64,000 nt of DNA from Lepidodermella squamata (Eukaryota > Animalia > Gastrotricha), in contig JBLDXI010000030.1 in the NCBI GenBank assembly GCA_047495785.1, forward strand, positions 1,364,001 to 1,428,000, in the 5' to 3' direction. Shown here piece after piece: positions 62,992 through 64,000 of this stretch. The notes below the pieces were generated by a model. That model was not told the DNA's origin, did no database searches, and was given only the letters and a program-made list of their open reading frames with translations. The stretch's first letter is position 1; the number at the start of each line of letters is the position of its first letter. Position numbers and translations under genes: made by a program.

Positions 62992-64000
62992 TTCGCAAAT
63001 GATAATAGATACTTGGAGTGGAGAGCAGCGATGCCTAATCAGCCTTTCATGCAGCTAATTTATCTCGAAACCACCGACTGTCCGACCCGATTCGCCAGAA
63101 TGGGGGTGAGCAATAGACCGGCCTTTAGCAGCAAAATCATCTATACGCTAATTGTCAGCCGGGATGCCTTTCATAGGCACCTCCAACTAAGAGCAGTTTT
63201 TCTATTTGACACTAGTAAGCAATGTGGCCAATCTTTTCGGAAGTGAAACATAGTAAAATCTTTCAAGTCTTTACGGAGTTGGCATCAATTCGCGTAGTCT
63301 GGAGGTGAGGTGGGCGTCTTTCAGTGATGCCTTCAGACCGTGTTACATTAGCTTGTGTATGAGCAAGTATCTCATGGAGCTTATTTTGCTCAAATGAAGA
63401 CCGTGGCAAAATCTTGTTTTTTTTTTGCTTTTCAGGGTTCAAAGTCTCGACTGAAAAATTGCAAAATGGTCAAATTTTAAAATCGCATCAGGGGATCCCA
63501 AAAAGGTTTGTCCCTGGCTATAGCTGGGCATCGTCTCGGGTCGGCCATTCATAATTCTGCGTGGTAGTGACCCAGTTATTCCATCATGTCGTTAGCGTTG
63601 TTGAACAACTCAGATTTAGGCTTTTTTGCGTCAGTTTGAAGGTGGATGGTGGCAAGTAGAAAGTAATTTGCTGTAACCTCTTCATTCACGCAAAAAACGC
63701 CGCTTTTTACATGCCACCAGCCACATTTTAACTGGCGTATATACAAGCCTATAATATCAGAGTTATTCTACGGCGCTAATGATGGTTTTGTACCGCAAAT
63801 AGATTATAATTAAGAGCTAATTTCATTATTATATGTAAAAAAACTACGACCACGAAGGCAATGTGGACGAAGGTATATCTTTATTACAATTAACAATTAT
63901 GTTTGATAACTTTGCCCATGAAAAATAAAAAAAAATGTTTGTCATAAACACGAGCGCTACACCTGATTCTTCCCGAAATCGATTGGTATTGATCTAAGAG

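Overview
This is eukaryotic DNA, most likely from an invertebrate animal: it has GT-AG introns of about 50-60 nt, signal-peptide exons, dense transposon debris and an interstitial (CCCTAA)n tract. Gene models were spliced by hand. The core (about 16.4-37.5 kb) is a cluster of divergent pentameric ligand-gated ion channel (Cys-loop, pLGIC) genes of two clades. Clade A has two 6-exon paralogues (about 915 and 926 aa) in which a signal peptide, EGF-like repeats, two CUB-like domains and a Ser/Thr mucin-like stalk are fused in front of a complete Cys-loop channel lacking the acetylcholine-binding loop B/loop C signature. Clade B has compact 2-exon subunits with a non-canonical C-x14-C Cys-loop: two intact copies, one frameshifted copy and two fragments. 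Interspersed are a predicted secreted ankyrin-repeat protein, a secreted Lys/Gly-rich peptide and an orphan secreted protein. At the right end, a recent duplication (offset about 5.06 kb) carries two copies of a secreted Cys/Thr/Pro-rich protein whose differences cluster in two coding loops. The remainder is a Helitron Rep/helicase gene (left edge), RTE LINE fragments, P-element and MULE transposase relics, many MITEs with recognisable TIRs and TSDs, and an old low-copy duplicated backbone. All family assignments rest on motif recognition by eye; no database searches were run.
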